Below, in pieces: positions 18,758-29,604 of a stretch of DNA of 64,000 nt. Positions within the stretch are counted from its first letter, which is position 1. Each line of letters begins with the position of its first letter. This stretch comes from a virus, in the IMG/VR virus record IMGVR_UViG_3300010397_000044, positions 1 to 64,000 of that record. One strand, given 5' to 3'. The notes below the pieces were generated by a model. That model worked only from the letters and a program-made list of their open reading frames with translations. It was not told the DNA's origin and did not search any database. The position numbers were made by a program, and so were the translations under genes.

Positions 18758-20320
18758 ATGCGAAAAGCATCACTTTACGGCTCAGAAGCTAGGACTAAAC
18801 TTGTAACCGGGATTGAGAAAATAGTCAAGGCCGTAGCCGTCACACTTGGCCCGTCAGGTAAGAATGTCATGATTGGCGGCAGCATGTGGACCGATACCGG
18901 AACAATTGCGCTGCCTAATATCTCCACAAAAGACGGCTATCGTACAGCCAGATCGTTTGATGTTGATTGTCATTTTGAGCGTGTGGGAGTGGTGGCGGTA
19001 AAAGAAACCGCACAAAAGACTGTAGATGAGGCCGGAGATGGGACAAGCACAAGTTGTATTCTTGTAGAAGCTATTCTAAAAGAGGGACTTAAGCAAATAG
19101 AAGCAGGGGTAAATCCCATAGAAGTGAAGCGGAATATCGACAAGGCGGTTGATATTTTTGTCACCAAATTAAGGAGTTTGGCTACACAAATAGGACAAGA
19201 CTTCGATAAAATATTCAATGTAGCGACCGTTTCAGCCAATAACGATCCCGTAATAGGAAAATTAATCTCGGATGCTTTTAGGCAAATTGGTACGGAAGGG
19301 GTAGTGGATATTCAGGCAGGTGTTTCAAATGAAACAGTAGTTAAGATTGCCAATGGGTACAAAATAAACAATGGTTATCTGAACAACATCTTTGTCAATA
19401 ATGGCAGCAAGCAGAACTGCGAATTAGAGAACCCACTTATTCTCTTATATCAAAATAAGATTACGCACCATACTCAGTTGGAAAGATCGTTACATATCGC
19501 TGCTGGGGCCGGACGCCCCATTTTAATAATTTGCGAAGATGCGGAAGGAGAGGGATTGGCTTATTTGGCAATTAATACAAAACAAGGGAAGATAAAAAGC
19601 TGCATCATCAAGGCCCCGGCTATCGGCGATGAACGCAGGATTGAGATGGAAGATTTGGCCATTCTAACCGGTGGTAGTTATGTGTCCGACATTAGGGGTA
19701 TAAACATCAAAGAAATTGAACCCAATAACCTTGGACAGGCCGCCAAGATTATCGTCACCAAAGACGATACGGTTATTGTTTCTCCCGACACCGACAAAAG
19801 AGCATTGGAAGACCTGCTTAATGACCTTCGAATGAATCTGGCCCAATGCAAGAACGAGGATGAACGATACCCCATAGAAAAGAGAATAGCTAGATTACAA
19901 GGAGGGATAGCGGTCATTGAAGTAGGAGCGCCGACAGAAACCGAAATGAAGGAGAAAATGGACCGGTTTGACGACGCCATTAGAGCCACAAAATCGGCTA
20001 TTTCAGAGGGTTTCATAGTTGGAGGGGGCATGGCCTTTTTGAAGATAGATACGGGAAACGAGGTCATAGATAAGGCCAAAGAGAAGATTTTCGATCAGGT
20101 GTGTGAAAACGCCGGGGTAACGTCCGGGCCGTACAAAGCTCAACTTAAAGAAGACAAGAACTTTAACTTAGGGTATAATGCCAAATCCGGGCTAGTGGAA
20201 GATTTAGTCGAAGCGGGAGTTATTGATCCGGTGAAAGTTATCCGTTGCGCTCTCCAAAATGCAGCCAGCAGCGCCGGAACAATCCTTACAACAGAAGCCC
20301 TTATTGTAGACGCCCCTTAA
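18758..20320 (+). CDS. groEL: phage chaperonin GroEL
   Basis: TLGPSGKNV, TKDG, DEAGDGTST, DDAIRAT, VGGG, GVIDPVKV. Confidence 0.97.
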   Translation: MRKASLYGSEARTKLVTGIEKIVKAVAVTLGPSGKNVMIGGSMWTDTGTIALPNISTKDGYRTARSFDVDCHFERVGVVAVKETAQKTVDEAGDGTSTSCILVEAILKEGLKQIEAGVNPIEVKRNIDKAVDIFVTKLRSLATQIGQDFDKIFNVATVSANNDPVIGKLISDAFRQIGTEGVVDIQAGVSNETVVKIANGYKINNGYLNNIFVNNGSKQNCELENPLILLYQNKITHHTQLERSLHIAAGAGRPILIICEDAEGEGLAYLAINTKQGKIKSCIIKAPAIGDERRIEMEDLAILTGGSYVSDIRGINIKEIEPNNLGQAAKIIVTKDDTVIVSPDTDKRALEDLLNDLRMNLAQCKNEDERYPIEKRIARLQGGIAVIEVGAPTETEMKEKMDRFDDAIRATKSAISEGFIVGGGMAFLKIDTGNEVIDKAKEKIFDQVCENAGVTSGPYKAQLKEDKNFNLGYNAKSGLVEDLVEAGVIDPVKVIRCALQNAASSAGTILTTEALIVDAP

Positions 20321-20329
20321 AATTTAACA

Positions 20330-20599
20330 ATGGCAACTATCAAAGCTACCAATGATTGGGTATTTATAGAACAGGATAAGAAAACAACAGAGTCTCATGG
20401 ATTTACATTGCCGGATGCCTCAAAAGAAAAGCCAAGCGCCGGGATAATTGTTTCCATAGGCAGGCTTGTCAAAGACCCAGACATTAAGGCGGGGAAGGGG
20501 AAAAGGGCTTTATTTCATAAAGGAACCGGCTTTTCGATAAACTTTGAAGGCAAAGACTACCTTGTCATTCAGTCTGGGAATATAATCGGTGTTTCATGA
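20330..20599 (+). CDS. groES: co-chaperonin GroES
   Basis: IKATNDWVFI...GFTLPD...GIIVSIG...EGKDYLVI...IIGV. Confidence 0.9.
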   Translation: MATIKATNDWVFIEQDKKTTESHGFTLPDASKEKPSAGIIVSIGRLVKDPDIKAGKGKRALFHKGTGFSINFEGKDYLVIQSGNIIGVS

Positions 20600-21129
20600 A
20601 GGCAGTGAACAATAAGATTTTGGTTACCTGCGACATGAAGCAAAAGGACCAAATAACCATAAACGGGTTTACCCTAAAGTGCGCTAATTCATATAACACC
20701 AACTATAGAGAGCGGAGCCCCGTGGTTTGTTCAAGAGTGGATACGGGGGAAATACTTATTGTTCACCACAATACGCTCTACACGCCATCCCCCTATCATT
20801 TAGGCGATAACCTATTTTCCATTCCATCCAATAGCAAAATACTATTTGCCAAGCTGGAAGAAGATTTAAGCCTTACTCCCCTTTTGGGACACTTCTTTTG
20901 TGAGCGGGTGGAAATACCTTCCGACTTTCCCTTGCCGCCAGAATACATTAAACACTACGACGACCGTGTTCGGGTAACTGATCCCGGGCAAACCCGCTAT
21001 AAAACCGGCCAACTTCTCTTCACGAGACCATTTTCTTACTACGAAATAGTCTACATAATTAACAACCAGCAAAAACGGGTAATTCGATGCCACGAAGATA
21101 TGGTTGTAGGGTATTTGATTGATAAATAA
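20596..21129 (+). CDS. double-length GroES-like protein
   Basis: MKAVNNKILV... and a second half ending ...YEI...IRCHEDMVVG; follows groES. Confidence 0.55.
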   Translation: MKAVNNKILVTCDMKQKDQITINGFTLKCANSYNTNYRERSPVVCSRVDTGEILIVHHNTLYTPSPYHLGDNLFSIPSNSKILFAKLEEDLSLTPLLGHFFCERVEIPSDFPLPPEYIKHYDDRVRVTDPGQTRYKTGQLLFTRPFSYYEIVYIINNQQKRVIRCHEDMVVGYLIDK

Positions 21130-21165
21130 GGATTTTTCTTATTTTTAGGTTAAAATATCCTCATT

Positions 21166-23607
21166 ATGGCCGAATTAACGCCGGGACAATCCCCTATTAC
21201 TAATCCATTAGTAGAACGCTTCTTTTTGTCTCCGGCAGAGAAAGCCAGTCTTGAAAAGGGGAAAGCCATCGTTAAGGAATTTTACAGGCTCCAAACCTCC
21301 AATTCTGATAATAACAACTTCTTCAATCTCCGCAATAAGCGGCAGGTGGAATTGCTTTTGTGGGCCAAGGGTAGCCAAAAAATGACCGAGTTCTTAGATT
21401 ACATGAACGTGTCGGACGCAAACAAGGCTTGGAGCAATATAGACATGACCCAATCCAGGATTGGAGCCGAATTCGTTGGAACGCTGGTGGAAAGCATGGC
21501 AAAGAATAGAATCTACCCATGCGTTAAAGCGATAGATCAAGGCTCCTTAGATGAAAAAGAACAAAGGCTATTCGACGCACTCTTCAGGATGCACGAGGCG
21601 GAGACGGTAAATGCATTGCAGCAAGCGGCGGGAATACAATTGGAGCCTACGACAGGATTTGTCCCAGATGATGAAATGGCGGCAAAGGTATATTTCGAAA
21701 TGGAGGACCAATTGCCAAAGGAAATACGATTTGAGGCTATGCTAAAGCGCGTAATGGCAGATATAAGTTTTGAAACTGTCGCCAATCGAAAGACTTTGTT
21801 CGATCTAGTCGTTTTAAATGGCGGCTTTACCAAAATAGAAAGATGCGGCCCCGGACAATATACCGTTCGAAAATGTATTACCCCCAACATGGTGTATAAT
21901 TTCTTTCTCAGCGACAGCGGGAAGTTTGAAATAACAGAGATTGGGGAATTTTACAATATCAAAGTAAAGGAGTTCAGACAGAAATTCCTAAAAACGGCAG
22001 ACAACCCCAATGGTCTAACGGAAAAAGAGATTTACGAACTAGCCAAACTGTCCACTAACAAAAACATAGGCCAATTTAATTATCAATGGAATGATGTATG
22101 GGCGCTCACTACTTATACATGGGAACGACCATACGACGACTGTTCCATCCTTGTTTTGGACGTCGAAATAGATTGCGGCGAGGATGTATACTACGTTGAA
22201 AAGACTGATCCATATGGCCGCTCAAACATTACCCAGAAAAAGGGCATTCCATATCAGGAAAAAAGAAAAGACGGATCAGTTGTTCCCCAACCTGTCCCAG
22301 AAGGGACGCAAATCATAAAGAGGCGAAGGAATAGCTGGATGCGTGGGGTATATGCTCCATATGGGGATAAGATGCTATATTGGGGAGCGCCAGATATAAT
22401 CATAACTCCTTTTACAAATACCTCCAAGCCACTATCTTCTTATACAGCTAATATCTGTAATAATGACGGTGATTATGTTCCATCTCTCTTTGAAAGAGGC
22501 ATGGAAATTCTGCGTGAATACCAATTGGCGAAGCTTAAAAGAAAGCAGCTAATAGCCAAGATAAAGCCATCGGGGATTAGGATTGACGTAGAGAGTGCCC
22601 GTAATATAGATTTGGGTAATGGGGATTCTATTGCATGGGAAGAGGTCATGCGTATATACGATCAGACCGGTAACGAGGTGTGGTCCAGCCGTGGCATTGA
22701 TCCATTGTCAAGAGAAGCGCCACCATTGAGCAATACTGTCCGGACGCCAGCCATTGAGGACGTAATAGGATTGACAAACATAATGGGCGGCATGATGCAG
22801 GAGCTTAGGCAGATTTGGGGCGTCCCATCCTATAGAGATGGCAGCGATGTGGGAGATAGAACACCGGCAAAATTGGCTGAAGGTCAAAACGAAAGCTCTT
22901 TCAATGTAACGGATTTCGTACAAAACGCCAATAACCAACTTTGGCAAGAAACATTCTACAAACTTTGCCTACTTCATTGGAATGACATAGTAAAGGAAGA
23001 GCCGGAGTCAAAAGCGGACATGATCAATACAAGGTTTGACGTATCGGTAAGAATGAAATCCACAGACTATGAAAAACAATTGATAGAAAGAGATATTGAC
23101 CGATATAGTCAAATGCCAGATGCAACTGGTAATCCTTCTCTTACTCTAAAGGACGCCATGATGATCCGGCAGATAGACGACTACAAACTAGCCTGTTATT
23201 ATTTGGCGTCAACGGTTGAAAAGAACCAAAAACGTGCCCAGCAGGAAAAGGAACGACTCCAACAGCAAAATGCGAACGATCAACAGCAAAGCGCCATTGT
23301 AGCTGCCAAAGCCCAAGCGCAGGTAGATCAGCAAAAGAATGCTCAGCAAATGCAAATGGAGCAGGCTAAGTTTAAGCACGAAAAAGAAGTCGCTCTATTA
23401 AATGGAGTATTGGGGCTCATGCAAAAAACAGGCGGTGAAATACCGGACATTTTACAGCCGCTGGCCCAACAAATATTCCAAAACGTATCTATGGACGTAG
23501 TAATGGATAACATGGTTACAAAAATGGAGATTGGTCAAACCATGCAGGCCATGCAGCAATCACAACAGTCTCAGCAGCAAGAAGCGTCAGAACCTCAAAT
23601 GCAGTAA
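21166..23607 (+). CDS. portal protein
   Basis: 813 aa; position before TerL; RQIWGVPSYRDG motif; Gln-rich C-terminal barrel of P22/crAss-type portals. Confidence 0.85.
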   Translation: MAELTPGQSPITNPLVERFFLSPAEKASLEKGKAIVKEFYRLQTSNSDNNNFFNLRNKRQVELLLWAKGSQKMTEFLDYMNVSDANKAWSNIDMTQSRIGAEFVGTLVESMAKNRIYPCVKAIDQGSLDEKEQRLFDALFRMHEAETVNALQQAAGIQLEPTTGFVPDDEMAAKVYFEMEDQLPKEIRFEAMLKRVMADISFETVANRKTLFDLVVLNGGFTKIERCGPGQYTVRKCITPNMVYNFFLSDSGKFEITEIGEFYNIKVKEFRQKFLKTADNPNGLTEKEIYELAKLSTNKNIGQFNYQWNDVWALTTYTWERPYDDCSILVLDVEIDCGEDVYYVEKTDPYGRSNITQKKGIPYQEKRKDGSVVPQPVPEGTQIIKRRRNSWMRGVYAPYGDKMLYWGAPDIIITPFTNTSKPLSSYTANICNNDGDYVPSLFERGMEILREYQLAKLKRKQLIAKIKPSGIRIDVESARNIDLGNGDSIAWEEVMRIYDQTGNEVWSSRGIDPLSREAPPLSNTVRTPAIEDVIGLTNIMGGMMQELRQIWGVPSYRDGSDVGDRTPAKLAEGQNESSFNVTDFVQNANNQLWQETFYKLCLLHWNDIVKEEPESKADMINTRFDVSVRMKSTDYEKQLIERDIDRYSQMPDATGNPSLTLKDAMMIRQIDDYKLACYYLASTVEKNQKRAQQEKERLQQQNANDQQQSAIVAAKAQAQVDQQKNAQQMQMEQAKFKHEKEVALLNGVLGLMQKTGGEIPDILQPLAQQIFQNVSMDVVMDNMVTKMEIGQTMQAMQQSQQSQQQEASEPQMQ

Positions 23608-25680
23608 ATGGCAGTCGTAGAAATTCAAGGAATACAAGTACATTATAGAGATTTAAAGGACGGCGAAACTGTTCTGTTTTCTGACTTGCCAAAAGAGGAA
23701 CAGTATTATAGGAGGCCACAACACCCGTTTACCGATAGCGACCTAATAGCAATTGCTAATAAAGAGCATAATTATACCTCCATTCAACTCAAATGGAAGG
23801 AAACGCAAGAGGAAATATTTGAAAACGGTATTTACGCCAGCATAAATGGGGACGTAACTTTTATTCCCGGAGCCTACTATTGCTATGTTAATGAGTGGAC
23901 GCTTGAACACGGAGAGAAGCCGGAATACAGAGAAGATGACCGGCAGTTCTTTCTGTTACATGAATATCTAAGATTAGAAACAAATGTGCTAGGGCTGGTG
24001 CGTCTTAAAGGAAGACGTCAAGGGGCTACATCTATAGCTATGTTCTTCATGTGGTTCATAGCAGGAAGAAAAGAACATAAACTTTGCGGATTAACATCCT
24101 TTAGTGATACTGCTGCCCAAGATGCATTTCAAAAAATGTTCATGTACGGATTCAAGGCGATGCTCCCTTGCTTCCAGGCTGATTTCGATAGCGCGTCAGA
24201 AAATTTTATACGGTTCGTAAAGCCTATTGATAAAAAGGCCAAAAGCGTTTTAGCTGTTAAGAGAGAAGGGCTTAACAGCTATTGTGATTACAAATCAAAT
24301 GTTATTAGTAGTTACGATTCCGGTAGGCAGTCGTATAACGTGCCGGACGAAGGCGGTAAGAGGAATAAACTTAATATAAATTCTTATTGGTCTCGTTTAT
24401 ACAAGACACTTCTTATTGGTGTAAATAAAGTTGGGTTCGCCTACTTACCAACAACAGTAGGGATGAAAACAGAGGGAGGCGAAAACTTTAAAGAGTTTTA
24501 TAAAAACGCTAACCAGTTTGAAATAGACAAGAAGACGGGGAATCCCGTAGGATTAGATACGACGAATAGGGTTGTCAGATATTTTGTACCTGCGACACAT
24601 TGCTATGCAGGGTATATAGATAAATTCGGCAAGAGTATTGTAGAGGACCCGATAGAACCGGTGCTTACCAATGAAGGTAAATTAGTTTCTATAGGCAGCA
24701 AAAGTGTTATCCTTAAAGAAAGGGAAAGACTTTCAGGAGAACAGTTAATGGAGCATAGAAGGGACTATCCTTTAACAGAACATGATGCCTTTAGCTTTGA
24801 ATTAGGTCAATGCGAGTTTAATGAAGAGCGCCTTTTGGCTCAAATACAAGAATTAGAGGATAATCCAGTCTTTCTTAGGAAGTGCCGTTTGTATAGAGTA
24901 AAAGTCACAAAGAAAAACATATTCACCGATAGGGAAGAAAGTCACGATGAAATAAAATTCATGGATGACGACAAAGGGGAATGGTTGTTATATGAACCTC
25001 CTAACAAACAGAATCACTATGATTGGAAGGGGGCGATGATGCCATTAAACGACCTCATGTATTCTATCGGAGTGGATACAAAGAAGACTGGATTTGCGGT
25101 CGGCGGCTCAACTGCGACAATTTGTGTATTCAAGAAATCACATTTAGTTGATGGTGAAGAGATGGGATTAAAGCCCGTTGCTATTTATATGGGTAAACCG
25201 CGCCTTCTTAATCACTTTTTCGAAAACGTCTTAATGGCCTGCATGTGGTACGGCTGTAAAGCAAACTTTGAAATTGACGCTGGAAGTGCCTATTACGATT
25301 ACTTTTTAGAACACGACGCCCGTTTGTTTATATCTTGGACTCCTCGTAGAGCAATTGATATTACAAAAAAGAATCCGGTTATTAAGCCCGGTACAGAGAG
25401 TGCGTCCCCCTTCCAGCTCCAAGCACAATTAGAAACGGCCAAACTTTATGTGGATGGCAATCTAATTGATGGATATAATGGGAACGTACATAGGATTGTA
25501 TATCCAATGCTATTAGAACAATTATTAGCTTATCAGCATGCCGAGAGGACGCCCTATGACATAGTGATCTCCCTTATGATGGCTTTGTTGCCATGTTTTG
25601 GGGTTGCTGAATATAGAGATGAAAAGATAGCCAAGCCCAAACAAATACTGCCTTACAAAAAGATCAAAATGCCCGCCTAA
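23608..25680 (+). CDS. terL: terminase large subunit
   Basis: KGRRQGAT Walker A-like, DEGGK Walker B, IGVD and DIVIS nuclease acidic residues. Confidence 0.9.
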   Translation: MAVVEIQGIQVHYRDLKDGETVLFSDLPKEEQYYRRPQHPFTDSDLIAIANKEHNYTSIQLKWKETQEEIFENGIYASINGDVTFIPGAYYCYVNEWTLEHGEKPEYREDDRQFFLLHEYLRLETNVLGLVRLKGRRQGATSIAMFFMWFIAGRKEHKLCGLTSFSDTAAQDAFQKMFMYGFKAMLPCFQADFDSASENFIRFVKPIDKKAKSVLAVKREGLNSYCDYKSNVISSYDSGRQSYNVPDEGGKRNKLNINSYWSRLYKTLLIGVNKVGFAYLPTTVGMKTEGGENFKEFYKNANQFEIDKKTGNPVGLDTTNRVVRYFVPATHCYAGYIDKFGKSIVEDPIEPVLTNEGKLVSIGSKSVILKERERLSGEQLMEHRRDYPLTEHDAFSFELGQCEFNEERLLAQIQELEDNPVFLRKCRLYRVKVTKKNIFTDREESHDEIKFMDDDKGEWLLYEPPNKQNHYDWKGAMMPLNDLMYSIGVDTKKTGFAVGGSTATICVFKKSHLVDGEEMGLKPVAIYMGKPRLLNHFFENVLMACMWYGCKANFEIDAGSAYYDYFLEHDARLFISWTPRRAIDITKKNPVIKPGTESASPFQLQAQLETAKLYVDGNLIDGYNGNVHRIVYPMLLEQLLAYQHAERTPYDIVISLMMALLPCFGVAEYRDEKIAKPKQILPYKKIKMPA

Positions 25681-25687
25681 GCCAATA

Positions 25688-25840
25688 TCAAACTGGCTTC
25701 TTTTTATTTTTTTCAATATATTCTCTTATTGCCCTTTCTGCTATCTTAGTTATTTTCCCGTCAATAGATTGGGCATATTCCACAAGGATTTTGTGGATTT
25801 CCTTGCTCAAGGCGACATTTTTAGAGGTTAAATTGTTCAT
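25688..25840 (-). CDS. ribbon-helix-helix microprotein (50 aa, not in ORF track)
   Basis: MNNLTSKNVALSKEIHKILVEYAQSIDGKITKIAERAIREYIEKNKKKPV. Confidence 0.75.
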   Translation of the reverse strand: MNNLTSKNVALSKEIHKILVEYAQSIDGKITKIAERAIREYIEKNKKKPV

Positions 25841-25891
25841 TACTGTTAAAAATAACATTATTTAACAATATAATGAAATTTTTCAACTGCT

Positions 25892-25899
25892 TATATTTG
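25892..25899 (+). promoter_or_regulatory. -7 element of the scaffold/capsid operon promoter
   Basis: TATATTTG matches the Bacteroidota TAnnTTTG consensus, 23 nt before the ATG. Confidence 0.65.
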
Positions 25900-25922
25900 G
25901 TTAAATATTCCCATTTTTAATT

Positions 25923-27101
25923 ATGGCAGACAATATTGTGGATCAACAAGTAGAGACAACGCAGCCCGATGCGGGGCAGGCGGAATTACATCGGCAAATG
26001 CAGATGAGCCTAGGTATAGCGCCCGTGGAACAAGTACAGCAGCAACAAGAAGGTTCCACGGGGAACGTTTCTGCTGACGGAGCCGCAGCGCCGAATAATA
26101 GTACTGCAAATGCTACGCCAGCCGACCCTTTCTCTCTTTTTAAAGAAAAATTCGGGTACGAAACCCCGGAGGCGGCAGTAACGGAAATAGAATCCCTTCG
26201 CGCTCTTAGAGATAACCCGGTCAAGCCAGAATATAAATTTGAAAATGAGGAAAGCGAAAAACTATTCAAGGCTTTCCAGTCCGGTAAAAAGTCAGAGGTT
26301 TACGCCTTTTTGGAACAAGATCAAAGGATTGACAAATACCTCACTACCGACGTAAGCAAAGAAAATGCGGCAGAAATCGTAAAGATGGGGATGCAGCTTA
26401 GGTATAAGGACCTTTCTTCGGATGAGATAAACTATCTCTTTAACAAAGAATTCGCCATCCCAGCCAAGCCGGTTCAGCAATCGGACGAAATGGCCGAAGA
26501 ATATCAAACTCGTTTATCCGATTGGGAAAGTGTAGTGCAGGACAAGCAAATGGGCCTCATGATTGAGGCAAAAAAGTCCCGGCCAGAAATAGCCAACGCA
26601 AAAACAAAACTCGTATTACCTGAAATAGCGGCGCAAGTTGAGCCTGAATACCTTGAATGGAAGAAATCTGTCGAGGAGAATCAGCGACTTTCTGCCGCAA
26701 CCACAGATGCTTATAAGGTATTTACGCCCAAGCAGTTTGAAATTAAAATTCCGTTCAAAGATGAACAGAATAAAATTGATTTCGAATTTCAGCATGAACC
26801 AGATTCTAAATCGTTCACTCAGGCAGTAGAGCTGGTTTCGGATATTGATAAATTCTGGAAGCACTTTACTGATCAGGCCGGTAATCCTGATCGTCAGAAG
26901 TTTTTAAGATTTATCTATAACGGGCTTAACCATGATTCACATGTTCATAATGCCATGAACCAAGCCAAAAATGCTACGATCAAGGCAAGTCTGCCCGATA
27001 ATAGCCAAGGAGGTATGGTAAGGCAAATGGCACAAACACAAGAGCCAAGTGAATTAGATAAGAAAATGCGGGAATCATTGAGGGGATACGGTGGATTTTA
27101 A
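25923..27101 (+). CDS. capsid scaffold protein
   Basis: Acidic, helical, disordered N-terminus; immediately upstream of the MCP. Confidence 0.7.
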   Translation: MADNIVDQQVETTQPDAGQAELHRQMQMSLGIAPVEQVQQQQEGSTGNVSADGAAAPNNSTANATPADPFSLFKEKFGYETPEAAVTEIESLRALRDNPVKPEYKFENEESEKLFKAFQSGKKSEVYAFLEQDQRIDKYLTTDVSKENAAEIVKMGMQLRYKDLSSDEINYLFNKEFAIPAKPVQQSDEMAEEYQTRLSDWESVVQDKQMGLMIEAKKSRPEIANAKTKLVLPEIAAQVEPEYLEWKKSVEENQRLSAATTDAYKVFTPKQFEIKIPFKDEQNKIDFEFQHEPDSKSFTQAVELVSDIDKFWKHFTDQAGNPDRQKFLRFIYNGLNHDSHVHNAMNQAKNATIKASLPDNSQGGMVRQMAQTQEPSELDKKMRESLRGYGGF

Positions 27102-27130
27102 CCTATTAAAAGTATTTAAAACAGAAAAAA

Positions 27131-28543
27131 ATGCCTTCAGCAATAGTTAGAGGCGCTACTGGACAACCGGGTCCAATAGCATATCCCAGTGGCCTCACGA
27201 CCGGTATTTTCAATGATCTCAACTTCGTAATTCCTGATTATATTCCGGGCCTGATTTCAAAGTACGGCAATAGTTCATACATGCTTGCCGCTGAAATATT
27301 AGGTAGCTCCGTTATCGAACAAGCGAACACTACGACCAATACCTATTCTCACTTTGAGAAGGGCCGTATCTATGGTTCTGGCTTGGTCAAAACAGCCGTT
27401 ACGGGTGTTACTTCCGGCGCGGATGTGCAAGTTGCCTTAAAGAGTCCCGAATCTTACAATAACTCCGCCTTTACCCAATCGCCATTCCTGCTTAATCAGA
27501 CCATTAAAATTCGATCCAATGGTCGGAAGGCGAAAGTAACAGCGATTGACCGGACTACAGCCGGAAACTTCTTGGTAACACTGCATCCGCTGGGTAACTA
27601 TGCTCTTATCACCGGCACAACGGGTACAACCCTGAATGCAAATGAAGGTCTGGAAACGTTCGGTAACCAATTGGCGGGCGAATCTTCGGACTCTCAGGGT
27701 ACTCAGCAGCCCAAACTTTACCGTTACGACAATACGGCTACTGTAGCACGTGCTTCCGTTAAGGCAAGTGACCTTTCCAGCATGAATAAGACACAGATCG
27801 ATTTCGGCAATGGTAATAACTACCTGCCCTATCTGGCTGTCAAAACCATGAACATTCAGATGTTGACCTCAATTGAAGACATCGTAATGGAAGGTGTTCC
27901 TTACTCCAATGCCACCAACGGAGAAATCGGTACAACTGGCGCGCTGGTTGATATCGGTGCCCGGGGCTCAGAAGTGGATTATATCACTAATTCCTTCGCT
28001 GTAGGTGATTTCCAGAACGTAACGAACGTATTGGATGCCAATGGCGGTCCTCGTGAGTACCATGGTCTTCAGGATTTAGGCCAACGTCAGGACATTAACG
28101 ATCTCCTTTTTGGTATTTACCGGAATGGGGCCATCAGCTACGCTTCAGTTGGTATGAGTCAGGAAGCTGCCGTTTCTTACGGTTTCCGTGGATTCTCGAC
28201 AGATACATTCGACTTCCACTTCCACCGGTATAAGGGTTTTACCGCTCCCGCCGTGTTTGGCTATGTGCCTACTCAAGGCGATTACCGGGCAAACTTTGGC
28301 CTGTTTGTACCCCAAGGTATGACGCAGGATGCCAAAGATGATACTACCCGTCCTTATCTCCAATTCGTCTATCAACAGAATCCGGATATCCCCGCAGGCA
28401 TGCGTATCTATAGCTGGGAACTGGGTTACACAAAAGGAACCAAAACTACGGAAGCCAGCAATAAGTACGAGCAGATCGCATATGTCGGATCGCGCGTAAC
28501 GGCTGCTGAACAATTCGTAATTCTACGTGGTTTGAATTCTTAG
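27131..28543 (+). CDS. major capsid protein
   Basis: 470 aa; position after scaffold; followed by a strong terminator; crAss-like MCP size. Confidence 0.85.
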   Translation: MPSAIVRGATGQPGPIAYPSGLTTGIFNDLNFVIPDYIPGLISKYGNSSYMLAAEILGSSVIEQANTTTNTYSHFEKGRIYGSGLVKTAVTGVTSGADVQVALKSPESYNNSAFTQSPFLLNQTIKIRSNGRKAKVTAIDRTTAGNFLVTLHPLGNYALITGTTGTTLNANEGLETFGNQLAGESSDSQGTQQPKLYRYDNTATVARASVKASDLSSMNKTQIDFGNGNNYLPYLAVKTMNIQMLTSIEDIVMEGVPYSNATNGEIGTTGALVDIGARGSEVDYITNSFAVGDFQNVTNVLDANGGPREYHGLQDLGQRQDINDLLFGIYRNGAISYASVGMSQEAAVSYGFRGFSTDTFDFHFHRYKGFTAPAVFGYVPTQGDYRANFGLFVPQGMTQDAKDDTTRPYLQFVYQQNPDIPAGMRIYSWELGYTKGTKTTEASNKYEQIAYVGSRVTAAEQFVILRGLNS

Positions 28544-28558
28544 TGTTTAAATCATAAC

Positions 28559-28589
28559 GGGGAAGAGAATAACTCTTCCCCCTATTTTT
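28559..28589 (+). terminator. intrinsic terminator after the MCP gene
   Basis: GGGGAAGAG-aataa-CTCTTCCCC followed by a T-rich tract. Confidence 0.85.
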
Positions 28590-28608
28590 CATTCATAAAA
28601 AATAAACA

Positions 28609-29538
28609 ATGGCAGACGCCTTAACAACAGAGGCCCCATTAAAAAAGAAAGGGGCAGAGAAGAGCAATGAAGACCGCTATTTGGAAATGCAATTCGATAC
28701 TTATAAGAAGTACGTATTTCAATTAGCGGAAGAAAATCCAGAACGAGAATTGCCGGTCATAGATGTGGCTTCAAGACGACCACTACCCCACAAAAAGTTC
28801 AAACCCTATCAGAACGTTGTATTTACCTCTCAGATCATTTGGAAGGGACAAAGAAGAGTAATTAGGTATTATGATGGGTGCTCCTCTATATTCGTAGACG
28901 AACAGCCAAAGGAAAAAGAAACCATAGATCAATTTATTGCTCAAACCAAACGTAGACAGTTTTTAGATGGGAAGTTGGTTGTAGAAGGTAATGAACGCAT
29001 GCTGCTTTTATATCTGTATATATGCGGATGGAATGCAGAAAGCCCGTTCAGAACCAAATCGGCTAACATGATATTCGTAGCTATGGACGGTTTGAAAATA
29101 GCCACCAAGGAATCTGAAAAGCTGGACGAAACTGAAAAGGCGTTGAAATTCGCTAAGGAGGCATCTGAGCAAAAAATGAGGATTCATGCGGAATACTTAG
29201 GTATACCGGTTAAAGATGAGGATAGCGACAATGACCTGACCGAAGAAGAAATCCGGCCTATTTACCGTAAAGAGGCACTAAGAAATTCGGCTGAGTTCAT
29301 ACGTAGTTATGGAGACAAGTCAATTGAGGTAAAAATATATATCCAGAAGGCCGTTCAAACCGGACAAATAATTCGCCCTAAAGGCTCCAATAAAGTAGCG
29401 TGGAAGAACGGGAATGAGATATTGGATGTGTCTGGGGTGGCGAGTATGTCAGGAGTGGAAGAAAAATTACTTGAATTTTCACAACTGCCAGAAGGTGAAG
29501 AGTTTTTAATCCAATTGAAAGCTATCTATAGCGAATAA
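28609..29538 (+). CDS. conserved structural-module protein
   Basis: Position after the MCP, as in crAss-like genomes. Confidence 0.55.
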   Translation: MADALTTEAPLKKKGAEKSNEDRYLEMQFDTYKKYVFQLAEENPERELPVIDVASRRPLPHKKFKPYQNVVFTSQIIWKGQRRVIRYYDGCSSIFVDEQPKEKETIDQFIAQTKRRQFLDGKLVVEGNERMLLLYLYICGWNAESPFRTKSANMIFVAMDGLKIATKESEKLDETEKALKFAKEASEQKMRIHAEYLGIPVKDEDSDNDLTEEEIRPIYRKEALRNSAEFIRSYGDKSIEVKIYIQKAVQTGQIIRPKGSNKVAWKNGNEILDVSGVASMSGVEEKLLEFSQLPEGEEFLIQLKAIYSE

Positions 29539-29564
29539 AGCTCTTTAAATAAAATTTTAAATCC

Positions 29565-29595
29565 AAGTCCTTGCTAAATTGGCAGGGACTTTTTT
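29565..29595 (+). terminator. intrinsic terminator
   Basis: AAGTCCTTGC...GCAGGGACTT followed by a T tract. Confidence 0.8.
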
Positions 29596-29604
29596 CGATA
29601 AATT

